A stretch of DNA of 61,717 nt, filler included, from Diploschistes diacapsis (taxonomy: Eukaryota): the NCBI GenBank assembly GCA_023645945.1. It is 6 parts of 6 records of this genome, joined end to end, with 100 filler letters (N's around TTAATTAATTAA, not from the genome) between each part and the next. Parts side by side here need not be neighbours in the genome. Positions count along the whole stretch, not along the records: positions 35,627 to 42,083 come from JALAIB010001391.1; positions 42,184 to 48,630 come from JALAIB010001392.1; positions 48,731 to 55,174 come from JALAIB010001393.1; 3 more parts are not named here. The stretch is one strand, 5' to 3'. The translations under genes were made by a program, and so were the position numbers. Under the pieces are notes generated by a model. That model had not been told where the DNA came from and did not search any database. It saw only the letters and a list, made by a program, of their open reading frames with translations. Positions 40,210-50,846 of this stretch are shown here, in pieces. Each line of letters begins with the position of its first letter. Position 1 is the stretch's first letter.

Positions 40210-40612
40210 CCAAGTCTGGAGGGATCTCTTGTAGCTTGTTGAGGGGTGAATGGTTCTGTAGCTGCACTGTAGCAGTTTCGGTAAGTTCACGGTCCTTTCA
40301 TATGAGCAAGCCAACAGCTGTCCTCCTTCCCGCGGACTAGTCGCTGCATGAGGAACGAATTTGATTCACGCCACAGAGTGTTAAAGAGGGTTTGGCATGG
40401 GTTTGCCGGGAGATGATAATTATTTCTTTATTATTCTGAACCCGCTTTTGATACCCACTGGAGCTTATCTGCAAGGGACCTCCCCCTCGCTAAACCCGCT
40501 AGGGATTGATTTCTGTATCTCTGCCAAGACTTAGCCGAGTGTAAACACTAACATGTGACGATACACAAGGGCTACCTCGACCCGACTTCCGTCTCATGAT
40601 GCGACTGCTAAT

Positions 40613-41605
40613 ATGGCCCTATCAGCAGCATCATCTGCAATCTATAACTCTACGTTTACGATTCATCGCCTATCTCCACTGTATGTCGCACAATCGCAGG
40701 GCCTTCTGTCCTCCACAGCTCTCTCAACTTACGCGCGCCGGTTGACGGAGGTTCTTAAAGGAGACATTGATCATGGCCTCGACCTGGTTGATGCTGGAGA
40801 CGAAGATACCAGCAGGCTCGGATCACTGAAGAAATGTCGATGGGCGAATCTGGGCGCTAGTGGTGCCGGCGACACGCATAATGAAGATGGCGGAGCCACC
40901 ACGGCCGATGGCCTGGGCCTTATGGAGGGCATTAGAATCGACATCGAATATGAAAGGGCTAGCTACAGCGCTTTACTACTAAGAGATGCCGCCAAAGAGC
41001 AAGATAGTCGAAACTCTGAATACAGCCTTCCTCTCCTCTTCACAAGAATGCCGGCACCCGTCCGAACAGCTTTCTTAGACTTCCTCGCAGTTACCTTTGA
41101 CACCAGAGCTGAGAGCCTGCGACTGAACGTGCACTTTATCGGCGATGCTTTAGAAAATTTCATTAGCGAGCTTTCGGAGGATCCAGACAGTATGGAAAGC
41201 ATTGTGAAAGAAGTGCAACTGAGCCTTGGATTCAAAAAGCCCGTTCAAGCGAGCCTTCGAACACTTGACATCGCAATACCTAGAGAGGATGTCGGAGGCT
41301 TCTTGGCGCATGGCAAGACTATAAAATCTTCTTCCAGTGGTGGCTCCAAGACGACTTCGGGTCCCTTTATGACTGCTTTGCGGGAATACTTTGCAACCCA
41401 TCTAGCATTGAACGTCGATCATGACCAAGTTTTCATATCGCGTGTCGCTTGTGGCGCTTTCGCTCTCGGTAAGGAAGGTAAGGTGAAGCTGTTTGCGCCT
41501 GCAACCGTTGGTGAAAATGATGAGTCTAACTCACCGAGCTCACCACACCAAAGGGCTATCGCCGGGCTATTGCGATCCTTATTATTAGCTGCAGAGGTTA
41601 CATGA
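40613..41605 (+). CDS. Kinetochore CENP-L / Sim4-complex subunit Fta1-like
   Basis: YNSTFTIHRLSPLY, LPLLFTRMPAPVRTAFLDFLAVTFD, PFMTALREYFATHLAL, SRVACGAFALG. Confidence 0.8.
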   Translation: MALSAASSAIYNSTFTIHRLSPLYVAQSQGLLSSTALSTYARRLTEVLKGDIDHGLDLVDAGDEDTSRLGSLKKCRWANLGASGAGDTHNEDGGATTADGLGLMEGIRIDIEYERASYSALLLRDAAKEQDSRNSEYSLPLLFTRMPAPVRTAFLDFLAVTFDTRAESLRLNVHFIGDALENFISELSEDPDSMESIVKEVQLSLGFKKPVQASLRTLDIAIPREDVGGFLAHGKTIKSSSSGGSKTTSGPFMTALREYFATHLALNVDHDQVFISRVACGAFALGKEGKVKLFAPATVGENDESNSPSSPHQRAIAGLLRSLLLAAEVT

Positions 41606-42083
41606 CCACTCTTACTCTTTATATTACTTTAGAAGCACGAAAAGACGTGTTGCCCCTTTTTGATTCCAGACCAAGGGAGCCTTACGACTGGAGCTAGAGA
41701 AGGTACTTGGAGACCTTCGGTTCCCAGCCAGCCAAACTGCGATTCAAGAGCAGGACGGGTAGATGAAGACAAAAGGTTCTGAGGAAAAGCAGAAAGGTAA
41801 GCCAAGATGCCGTTTTTCAGCACTATCTGCTCACAGCTCGAAGCCAAAGCTGCACAACAGAAGCAAAGTAGCCTTGAACGAGGTGGCCACCTGGATGGAT
41901 CCAGAGACCAGATGAGTAGGGTAAACAAGCAACTCACCACCCACGAATCCATAGTCCAGTAGCCTTCCGAACCTACAATCGTCTCCTGAAGCAACACAAC
42001 CTCATTCCTCCACCCTCTGACGCCACATGAATGCTCACATCCCTCCCCCCAGGCCCCAAGTTCACGCTTTCTCCCTTTCCCTC

Positions 42084-42183
42084 NNNNNNNNNNNNNNNNN
42101 NNNNNNNNNNNNNNNNNNNNNNNNNNNTTAATTAATTAANNNNNNNNNNNNNNNNNNNNNNNNNNNNNNNNNNNNNNNNNNNN
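42084..42183. other. Artificial contig spacer
   Basis: N44-TTAATTAATTAA-N44. Confidence 0.98.
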
Positions 42184-42823
42184 ATCCCTCAACATCCCCC
42201 TCTCATCAAAAAGCACCCCTTCCCCCCTCAACAGCTCCATCTTCTTCAGACAGTTGACCCCACTCGGCGCCTTGTTCCAGTCGCCCATAAAACCCCCGAT
42301 ATACTACCACCACGGAAAACCATCAGCCCCAACATCAAACTCCCCGGGGTACGGGGCAACGAGAGAAGGACGAAAATATAGGAGAGACAGGCAAAGGCGT
42401 CAAGAGAGGGAGAGGGAGAGGGAGAAAGGAGAAGGAGGGTATTTTACGCCATTGGCCTGCACAACCCGATGGCACGGCACCTCGGGCGCGAACGGGTTCC
42501 GGCGTAGCGCGCCGCCGACCGCGCGGGGCGACGAGTGCAGCGCGCGCGCGAGGGAGGCGTAGGTGCTAACGCGGCCGGCGGGGATCTGGCGGAGGGCGGA
42601 GTAGACGCGCTGTTTTTCCGCGGGGGCGGGCCGGGTGTTTAGCATTTTACTTGTCTTGTCTTGTGGATTTTTTTTCTTTTGGGGGATGCTTGTTTTTTTC
42701 TCGCCGTTTCGACGAGCGCAAAAGGGAAGGGGCCAGGGGAATTGAGATAGAAGACCAGTGGGGAAAAAGAATTGGGGACAAGGGGCTTACGGCTTGGTAG
42801 TCGGTTACTTTTGGGGTGGCCAT
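42184..42823 (-). CDS. O6-alkylguanine DNA alkyltransferase, single-domain form; 3 exons, 3' end truncated
   Basis: Spliced: MATPKVTDYQA|RVYSALRQIPAGRVSTY...PRAVGGALRRNPFAPEVPCHRVV...|YIGGFMGDW...LLRGEGV. Catalytic PCHR motif present. Confidence 0.85.
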
Positions 42824-43149
42824 TGTTTTGAAAGTTTTTCAAGAAGAGGGAAGCGGTTTTTTTCAATAGCAGGTTCTGGAGCGTACACGGCAGTCTTGAA
42901 GTACTTCGGATTTAATTTACGCGAAAATATCACGAAGCACGTGACTGCGCGTCGTGACTCATTGTGGTTTGGTCTTTGGATATGTGGCCTAGCGGTACTA
43001 AACTGGCCCTCTACAATATCACACTGATACCTGAAGCAACGCCACAGCAATTCCAAGGTCAACTCGCAGAACAGAACGTGCGATATACCTAGAGCTCCAC
43101 CGACTCCCTCCACCTGTCCATTGAAGAGATAGAAGACGGAGTTGTGTTC

Positions 43150-44161
43150 GTGCCAATATAGACTACTTGGCAAGAAACCAAAGCCAGATCGCCGCACAAA
43201 TTTCTGCCATACTGAGTTTCATGAATATCGCAAGACACGTTGTGAACAGAGCAGAAAATGCCAGAATGAAACCTAGGCGCGCAATAGCGGGATCACCTAG
43301 AAAAGAACGATGGTTGTCACCGTCGGTAGCAGAGCTGTGACGGAAATGCTAAGCACCTCCGCGGCCTTCGAATCTTTGCGTCATAGTGATGGTATGCTCT
43401 TTGATTGGTGTCCATCGCAGCAATGTCATTCTTCGGTGGCGAGCTCAATATATATTTCTGGAAGGACCTAGCCGTCCGATCTATAAGCCATCCGGAAAGA
43501 GGATCACCCTCCCATGCTCGGAATGATAGGGCCACATGGTCTTGGTGATGGCCATTCCAGACGTCTTCCGGGTACTCTAAGAATGCGACGCCGTACTCAA
43601 TGGACCCAGCCAGTCTCAGAGCAGACTAAGATCGTTACTGGCTGCTTTAGGAAGACGAACAAGTCTCTCTGGTGGAGGAGTAAGTCGTCCATGATTCGTT
43701 ACAGACCAAACAAAAAAAGGTCCAACTATTAGCACACTATAATCCTTCTGCTTCTCTCTGATTTCCAACATATTCTGCCATTGCTCGCTATCAGCCGCTC
43801 TCATTCGACCAACACGCCGCTGAAACTGATGTCTTCAATAGTCATCGGATGCTTGGTCTTTCCTTTCCAGAATATGTAGCTGGTTCTCTAGGTCGGCTAT
43901 TTCGGCTTCCATATACAACAAACCCTTAGCATTAAGACACGCAAAGCGTCGAAAGATGTCGAGTCCTGATTGGTGGCCTACAAGGCTTGCAAGGGTATAG
44001 TATTTGTGACTGTCCTTTTTAGGCCTCAAGTAGCTGTCGGGCGCAGACTTTGCTCGGTGACGACCACCAGGACTGTGAGGTTCATAAAGAGAGCGCCCTT
44101 CTTCAGCTTCTCTCTGTTCCTCGTCGTTCCAGATTATATCGGTAGAGTTGCTAGCAGACAT
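43150..44161 (-). pseudogene. DUF6594-like fungal membrane protein pseudogene
   Basis: IFRRFACLNAKGLLYMEAEIADLE, QWQNMLEIREK, DL..L*DWL, DPLSGWL and C-terminal TM helices, interrupted by in-frame TGAs (43835, 43616) and frameshifts. Confidence 0.7.
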
Positions 44162-44859
44162 AGTTCAATAAGACGACTTAGGCAAAGCCTTCCATGAGAT
44201 GATTACTCGGCAGAGAGAAGCCACGACTTGAGCGTTGAGGCTAGGCTTTGGCCGAAAGTTACAAACTCCAATTGCCCTGCTCTTGACCAGTCTCTCGCAA
44301 AACTAATAGACCATTTGTTCTTCGGGTATCGAGGCAAATCAGCCTGGACGCGGTTAGCTATCATAACTCTTCCTAGCATTTATGTACAGAAGCATCTCAT
44401 AGTTGTAGTCAGATTAGTGTGGTCACCAGATCAAAGTATACCTGGCCACAAACTGTTGCAGGTACCGCATGGAATCAGTTCAGAGATGACTGAAGGAAAA
44501 GTCCTCAGACACGGCATACAAGGCACACGGATTTTTTCAAAGAACAGATTTGCGAAATAAGCTGCGTCAATCGATTGACAGGAATGAGAGTTTCAGAGCA
44601 ACTTCTATATCGACATAAAAAATAAGAACGACCTTCTGTGAATGAGTTGAAGTTCGTGAGACTTCCTCGAAACTATGCTGGTTGTTTCCATGCCAGCTTA
44701 CCATAGTGCTTTCCACGTAAGCGCCCACGAATGCCATAGACGCTTCTGCTTCATATTTGAGTCGTAACTGCCGTGTTACGGTTGTCAGCAAATGGGGCCC
44801 GTATGCAGAAGCCCTGTGAGAACAATTCTCCTCTACCAGTGAGTTCTGAGCCTGCTGTT

Positions 44860-45457
44860 TTAACCAGGCCCGATTCTCGGCCTATAGAAGGAGTCAGTAA
44901 CAACCTCGCGCAAGAATAACTCTTCCAGCTCACATGTCATGGTGCTCGCTCAAAGAACTCAAGTAACGGTTGTAGCCTTCCACGCGCTCCTTATGAGTCT
45001 TGACGCCTTCTCGTTTGAGACGTTCATTAAGCTAGACAAATATTAATACCCAGTTCTGCGTCTACAAAGCAGGCCTCGATGTCGGATGACAGCCTTTATA
45101 TGGCCGGAATAATGCGTGGTGAATTAGGATACTAACCGTCTTTCTTCTCCTCTCGTCAAACCTTCTTTCTGTTTCTGTCTTTGACATGCCTGTTACTGGC
45201 TCGGACTTCTCGATCTTGCCATCTTCTTCCGCAAGGATGTCATTCAAACGACTCTCTTCGTCAGCCTCAGCCTTAGTAGCCGGTTGCAAAACGGTAGCAT
45301 CCTCTTTCTTCGAGGTTGAAGTTTCGGGCACGTCCTCCCTGTGATTCTTTGGCTTTTTCTTCTTCTTCTTCAAGTTGTGCTTATCGACTTTCGAGCCCTG
45401 CACGCCCTTGATCTTGAGAGCACCGCCCACTGCAGAGGTGTAATCTCCAGAAGGCAT
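44860..45457 (-). CDS. FAM32A/DUF1754-like protein; 3 exons
   Basis: GGALKIKG, KTETERRFDE, KTHKERVEGYNRYLSSLSEHHDM|PRIGPG*. Confidence 0.85.
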
Positions 45458-48262
45458 CACCGATACAGAGCGTTAGATTATCAGCTTTACTAGTAACGCT
45501 TTCTACAATAGCGTGCCCTGAAATCAAGAGGAGATAGGTAGGGATTCCGTCCGAGGAGGTGCATAGACGCGGTTATGTAAGCTGAAAAGCGATTAGATTA
45601 GATCTACTTCAAGGCTATGATTGGCTGATGAGTGCGCTTAGCCTTCTTTTCTAGAACGACAACTCATAGCCTGCCCAACAATCTTTCCATTTAACTATCT
45701 CAATTTTGCTTGAGACAAGTGATACAAGCATCCAATGGCAATGCCTCAACCAACTGTTGATGGGATCAAAGTGAAAAGAACTTATTGATGACAAGACAAA
45801 TGGGGGTAGCACGCTATACTAAGCTCGTTCGTCCAAGACTGCTCCCTCATTTCTTCCGTCTCTCTCTCGACTCGCTTCAAATGTTGCCATCCATGAAAGG
45901 CGGCAATGGAGGAGTCCGTTGTGTGGTCTACTTTTGTGCTAATCTGCAAGGCCTAGTCAATCTTCCACTGTGATGCAAGTCCCACATCATTATATTATAC
46001 TAGGGTGCCGGTGCACTTAAAGAGCAAAATCTCTATTTGACCCTCTTCTCGTTGAGCATGCTATATTCTCAAAGTCAAACATCAACACCTTCGGTGAGCA
46101 TGCTGTCGCAAGCCTGCCGTACCATCTCAGCTATAGCCGTCGAAACCCGTTATCGCCCCCATAAATTCTTCCGCTCGTCGCTATTGAGCACTTTAGTGCA
46201 GCCGGCTGCCGACATTGTAATACATTAGCTGTGAAAGACTCTGGTACCCGAGCAGCCGCCAATTCCCGGTCCAAGGAATCCGATTTCGCGGGTCGAGTAA
46301 CAACTATGGCAGGCGTAACCCAAGGCCTGATGCTTATGATGCCAGAGATGCTTGTATAAGTGGGACATGGTTGGTATTTATGGTAAATGGAAGGCTTGGG
46401 CCAAGCTTCTCATGCATTTTACTTCCTCAAACGCGCTGCGCAGCCCGAGAATAGAGATTTTGAGCGAGCTGAAAGAAGATCAATCTACTACTTTCTTTCC
46501 CATTACTGACGTTATCAGCTTCATGACAGGAGGATTCCTCATAAGTATGCTTTGTTATATAGTAAAGGCGTCCTCATTGGCAAGACTCTTGAAACCGTAT
46601 TGCAGCAACCCCGACATATAGGACGTGGAGTCATAAGGTAGATATCAAGGATCTCTTGTTATCCTTGTCCCCCTTTCACGAGCAATAACTATATGTACCC
46701 CATGATACCCTGTTGACCTCTAAAGTGGCCCTGAAGATAGGTCATTGGGATCGCGCAAGCTCCAATAACTGCTGCCAATGCTGAAAACTGGGTCCTGACA
46801 TACTTTTTGACGCACATCATTAATCTTTGTGTGCAGTATCTTACAGGCCATTATTTAGGGCATTCCGTATTATTTTCAAGGAGTCCGGTCATATCTAGTC
46901 GCCAGCCGGGTAAGGGAGGCCCCAGCTCCCTCATCTGAAGGTTGCCAAACCTTAACCGGTTTCGCAGGACATTTCTATCCTGAAGGAGAAGAGCAATTGG
47001 ATCCAGCATAGGCTCGTGACTGATATAACTGCATATACATAGGGACATATGAAGAACTATCAGCCTTATTCTGTTGGCCAACCTTAACAGCAGTCACATT
47101 ACGCTAGGTAGACCCCCTTAAGCTCTTAGCCAGCTACTGACTGGCCATGAGAAATTAGTGACGATCACTTTCGACTGCAACAATCAAACTAATCCCACTA
47201 TTGCCTCTGCCGATTCTTTAAACGAGCGGTATGTGAGATAAACTGTGCAAACATTCGGTACAGAGTAGGTGCACATTCAAAGGGCAAGATTGATGTCAAG
47301 TGCTACCTACATAAAGGAACAGAAAGAAGTTGTATAAAAAAACTTTAAAACCTTTCCCCCCTCTCCCAGAGGAGAGGAGGGCAGGAGAACTGTGGGACAA
47401 GCACAGTTTTTTCGGAGGGTTTCGTTGCTGGTACCCTGAAGTTGGCTGCTGTAGTGACTTTGGTGATGGTCGGGTGAATTATCGGTTAACTCGTTGGATG
47501 AGGTCTTGCCACCTCTGAGGATCGAACCGGGGGTAGTGCTGGTCCGAACCCGCAGTTTTGTCGATTTAATAGTCGCCTGAGTTTGACCTGAACCTACTCC
47601 GAGTAGGCCGCCCCTCAGTGGAAACTGAAAGCCTAATTATGATATATATGCTGATTGCAGGACTCTGGCTAGCTTGGACCTTTCAAGCACCTTCTTGCCA
47701 CTCGTCTTGGTAAGAACCACCAGCAGAGGGCAGCACTTTTCTAGGTACGGTATAACTATCATTCTGAATAAGTTGAAGGCGGTTACAGAGGCTATGGAGG
47801 TACTGTATCATACACTCAGTTGAGATGGATTTGGATCTATTAAGCGTGTTAGGAGGCGATCTCATCGAGTTTACTGTGCGCTTGGAGTACTCCTAAGATC
47901 GATGAGATTGTCAGACTTGGTGTAGTATAGTTGATTTATGACTTGATATATTTAACAAATTTGGGTATCTGGAGTATTGTTGTTTCGGGCTCCGAACCCA
48001 ATCGGGAAACTATCTCTACCCGCAATTTGTTGTACCCTTCCTCTATCTCAGAGGTACCATAAATTTTAACTTAAACATCATCGAGAAAGCTATATTCCCA
48101 CTACTGTTAATACCATCAAACCAACATTCCCAATAATTCAGGAGGATGAGTCATTGACATCTGCGTACCTCTCCCCCTAGAGCAACGCATAAGCCCTCAC
48201 CTCAGGGCCTCGGATGAAAGTCCACACTCAACAATCAACGTCCCCATTTCCACCAACTCCTT

Positions 48263-48630
48263 ATGCCATCTTCAAAATCAAAGTCCCCAATCTCTATCTC
48301 CTCGTTCGCCGCCCACCAACTGTCTCTTCTCTCCTCCGAACTCGCCGCCTCTACCGCCTCTACCGCCCTCCTCCTCAGCACCTCCTCCCCCACCGCCCTC
48401 TCCCGCGCTGGCCTCGCCCTGACGAATCTCTCTCTTTCCTCCATTCGCACCGGCCTCGGTGGAAAAACCGTCCTGGAACTAGACCCCGACTCCGCCATCA
48501 CCGCGCCAAAGTCCAAGGCTGGAGACGAGGATGGAGCGGATCACAATGCGGGGGCAACTGGTAGTGGAGGTATCAGAGTGGGGGATGTGGTGAGAGTGGC
48601 GCCGCAGCCGAAGGGGAGCGAGAGAAAGGG
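48263..48630 (+). CDS. HCS1: N-terminus of Hcs1/IGHMBP2-like SF1 helicase, truncated by contig end
   Basis: FAAHQLSLLSSEL...LSRAGLALTNL...RTGLGGKTVLEL...IRVGDVV. Confidence 0.75.
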
Positions 48631-48730
48631 NNNNNNNNNNNNNNNNNNNNNNNNNNNNNNNNNNNNNNNNNNNNTTAATTAATTAANNNNNNNNNNNNNN
48701 NNNNNNNNNNNNNNNNNNNNNNNNNNNNNN
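48631..48730. other. Artificial contig spacer
   Basis: N44-TTAATTAATTAA-N44. Confidence 0.98.
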
Positions 48731-48976
48731 TTTTGGCGTAGTGGTTTAGTTCAACAGGTTATGAGCCCGGGTAGCGCACTGCGCTGCATCCCCACCCGTT
48801 TAGTTCAGAGGTCTGAGGTCGAGTCCCGCTCACGGCAGATTTTGATCTGGCTGGAAAGAACACAGGTAAACAGTAAGAACCGCAGAGCCATGTTTACGGG
48901 GGTGTGTCGGAATATAAACATGAACTGCTGCTTGCTAAGAGGTGCGCATCTTTTGGCGTAGTGGTTTAGTTCAACA
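48731..48976 (+). mobile_element. Miniature non-autonomous copia-type LTR retrotransposon (TRIM-like); 5' LTR clipped by contig start
   Basis: Last 26 nt of the 5' LTR (48731-48756), PBS GGTTATGAGCCCGG at 48757, 148-bp internal region, G-rich PPT ending 48904 and full 3' LTR 48905-48976. Confidence 0.88.
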
Positions 48977-49000
48977 CTGGGTGCCAGCCCTACCAGCCCT

Positions 49001-49442
49001 ACCAGGATTCAACCTTTGAACCAACAAACGTTTAGAATGTTCCAAATCGAATAATTTATATATTTAAAATAATATATATTAAATTTATAATATTTCGTAA
49101 AGAAAATCAAGAATAAAAAACGTTTTTTAATAATCGTAAAAAATATAAATTGAATAAACGAATCGAATTAAAAGATCGTTTTATATTTAATATAAATAAA
49201 ATTTTTAAAATAATAATTCGGGTTAAATCGAATCGAATAATTTCGAAACGATATATAACGCGTAAAAAACGTTATCGCGTTTTTAAAATCGAGAAAGATA
49301 AAAAGAAAGAAAATAGATTCGATTTAGATCGATTAGATTCTAATTACGACGAATAAATTATATTTAAAAACCGTAGAATGTTAATAATCATGATTTGAGA
49401 TGACCGGAATCTGGGTGTGGCCGGAATCCCCGTGAAACACGT
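49001..49442 (+). mobile_element. Heavily AT-biased relic of the 3' end of a Fot1/pogo-type DNA transposon with right TIR
   Basis: Very AT-rich. Residual peptide KRIELKDRFIFN...acidic tail resembles a pogo transposase C-terminus. TIR 49401-49442 has an internal direct repeat (CCGGAATC x2) and ends ACGT-TA. Confidence 0.65.
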
Positions 49443-49637
49443 TATATTAAAAACGCGTTGATATAATGGGGGCGTGAGTTATTGACTTATGTTAGTCACT
49501 GACTAGTGGAATACGTTACTTCCAACAGTTAAGAAGATCTTCGATAATGTTCTATTAGGTTCTAGAGTAGTCTATAACCTCCTAGAACCTTTAAAATCCT
49601 ATTAAAAGCTTATTAGTCAGTCAGACTAACCTATCTA

Positions 49638-49846
49638 ACGTCTTTCCCCAGGAAACGGAACACCCCACGAAGCGGAACACAATCCCTGCACCTTCGTATA
49701 ATGTAGTTGAAAACAGAGTTAGTTTCGTACAAATAATTTTATGTGCGGTTGTGGGGCTCAAAAGCTCGCTTAAAACTATCTAGCGTAATTACATTATAAT
49801 GTAGTGTTCCGCTTCGTGGGGTGTTCCGTTTCCTGGGGAAAGACGT
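49638..49846. mobile_element. 209-bp pogo/Fot1-type MITE with perfect 43-bp TIRs and TA TSD
   Basis: 49638-49680 is the exact reverse complement of 49804-49846. TA flanks both sides. The TIR starts ACGT and contains CGGAACAC twice. Confidence 0.93.
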
Positions 49847-50846
49847 TATGTTAATACTCTGACATTGATTGTATGTTAATTGTTTGATTAATCGATAATG
49901 TTTTCGTTGATTAATATAATAATCGTTGAACAAGAGGCGAAAGCAGATGCAATATCATTATTCAATTCAGTCAAGCAACCAAAAGCATCAAAGATTTCGA
50001 ATCCAGTTCAGTCAAATCAATATCTCTAACTGATTTAGTCTTGCGCTTTGCTTAGGAATCAATACCGATGGATAAAGCACAGCATCTGACAGCCTGTGTA
50101 CTGCTATACTTGGTATGGATTTTAGGGCTTGATTTCTGTTTGGTTGTCGTTGTACGCGGCGTGGCTGCCTAACTTCTCTAAATCTTCTGAACAATCAGGC
50201 ACTCGTACCCCGGCTATTCAATCGTTGAACTGATCATAATTGGTAGCCCTTTCATTCTCGTTCATTTTCTGTACCCATTTTGGCTCATGATACTCCTCCA
50301 GAGTACATAGTAGCGTATCTATTATCTTAGCAATTGAAAGTATCAACACTTCTTGCGTCCTGATTGGTATGCCATTGCAACCAGAAGCTCGGATGATGGA
50401 TTGCTCTTCCTTTCCCGGAAAGAGAGGGGATACTGAACGCTACATTTAGCATCTCACCTACTCCTCTTTACTCTGTCTATCCGTAGCAGCCCGTGAGACT
50501 AGTAATAGCAGATATTATTAGTACATGAATCAAAGTAACCGTTCCCCCTCTTAGCTACTAGTAGCCAACCGGCCCGTGACCGCCCAGTCAGACGCCTGTG
50601 AGAAATCAACCCATTTATCGACATCCTCATCCATTTCGCCATTTCCACTCTTGTTGTTTGCGCGATGGACCATCACCCACAAGATTATCATTCACTACGA
50701 GTCTCTCTACATCAGTGTTTTCCGTCTTTTTAGCCAGCGCTTCCTTTCTTGAGTCGTGCCAAATTTCACTTGTTGTCTTTCACCCAACTTCCAACCATTA
50801 CGGTATTCTACGACTGCGTCCCACCACGTGAGGATACTCCAAAAGA

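Noticed and set aside
47425..47630. Group I intron or hammerhead ribozyme reading of the hairpin region
   Set aside because: The Q-like (CCCGCAG) and S-like (AATAGTC) words are too close with no R element. CTGAGGA lacks a properly placed stem II-GAAA and UH site.
45500..48200. Telomerase RNA or an intact gene in the 2.7-kb gene-poor stretch
   Set aside because: No TAACCCTAA-type template found, and the short ORFs have no motif I recognise. It may be a decayed gene.
48731..48976. Direct repeats read as a CRISPR array
   Set aside because: Eukaryotic context, only two units and no cas genes. TG...CA ends, PBS, PPT and TSD explain them as LTRs.
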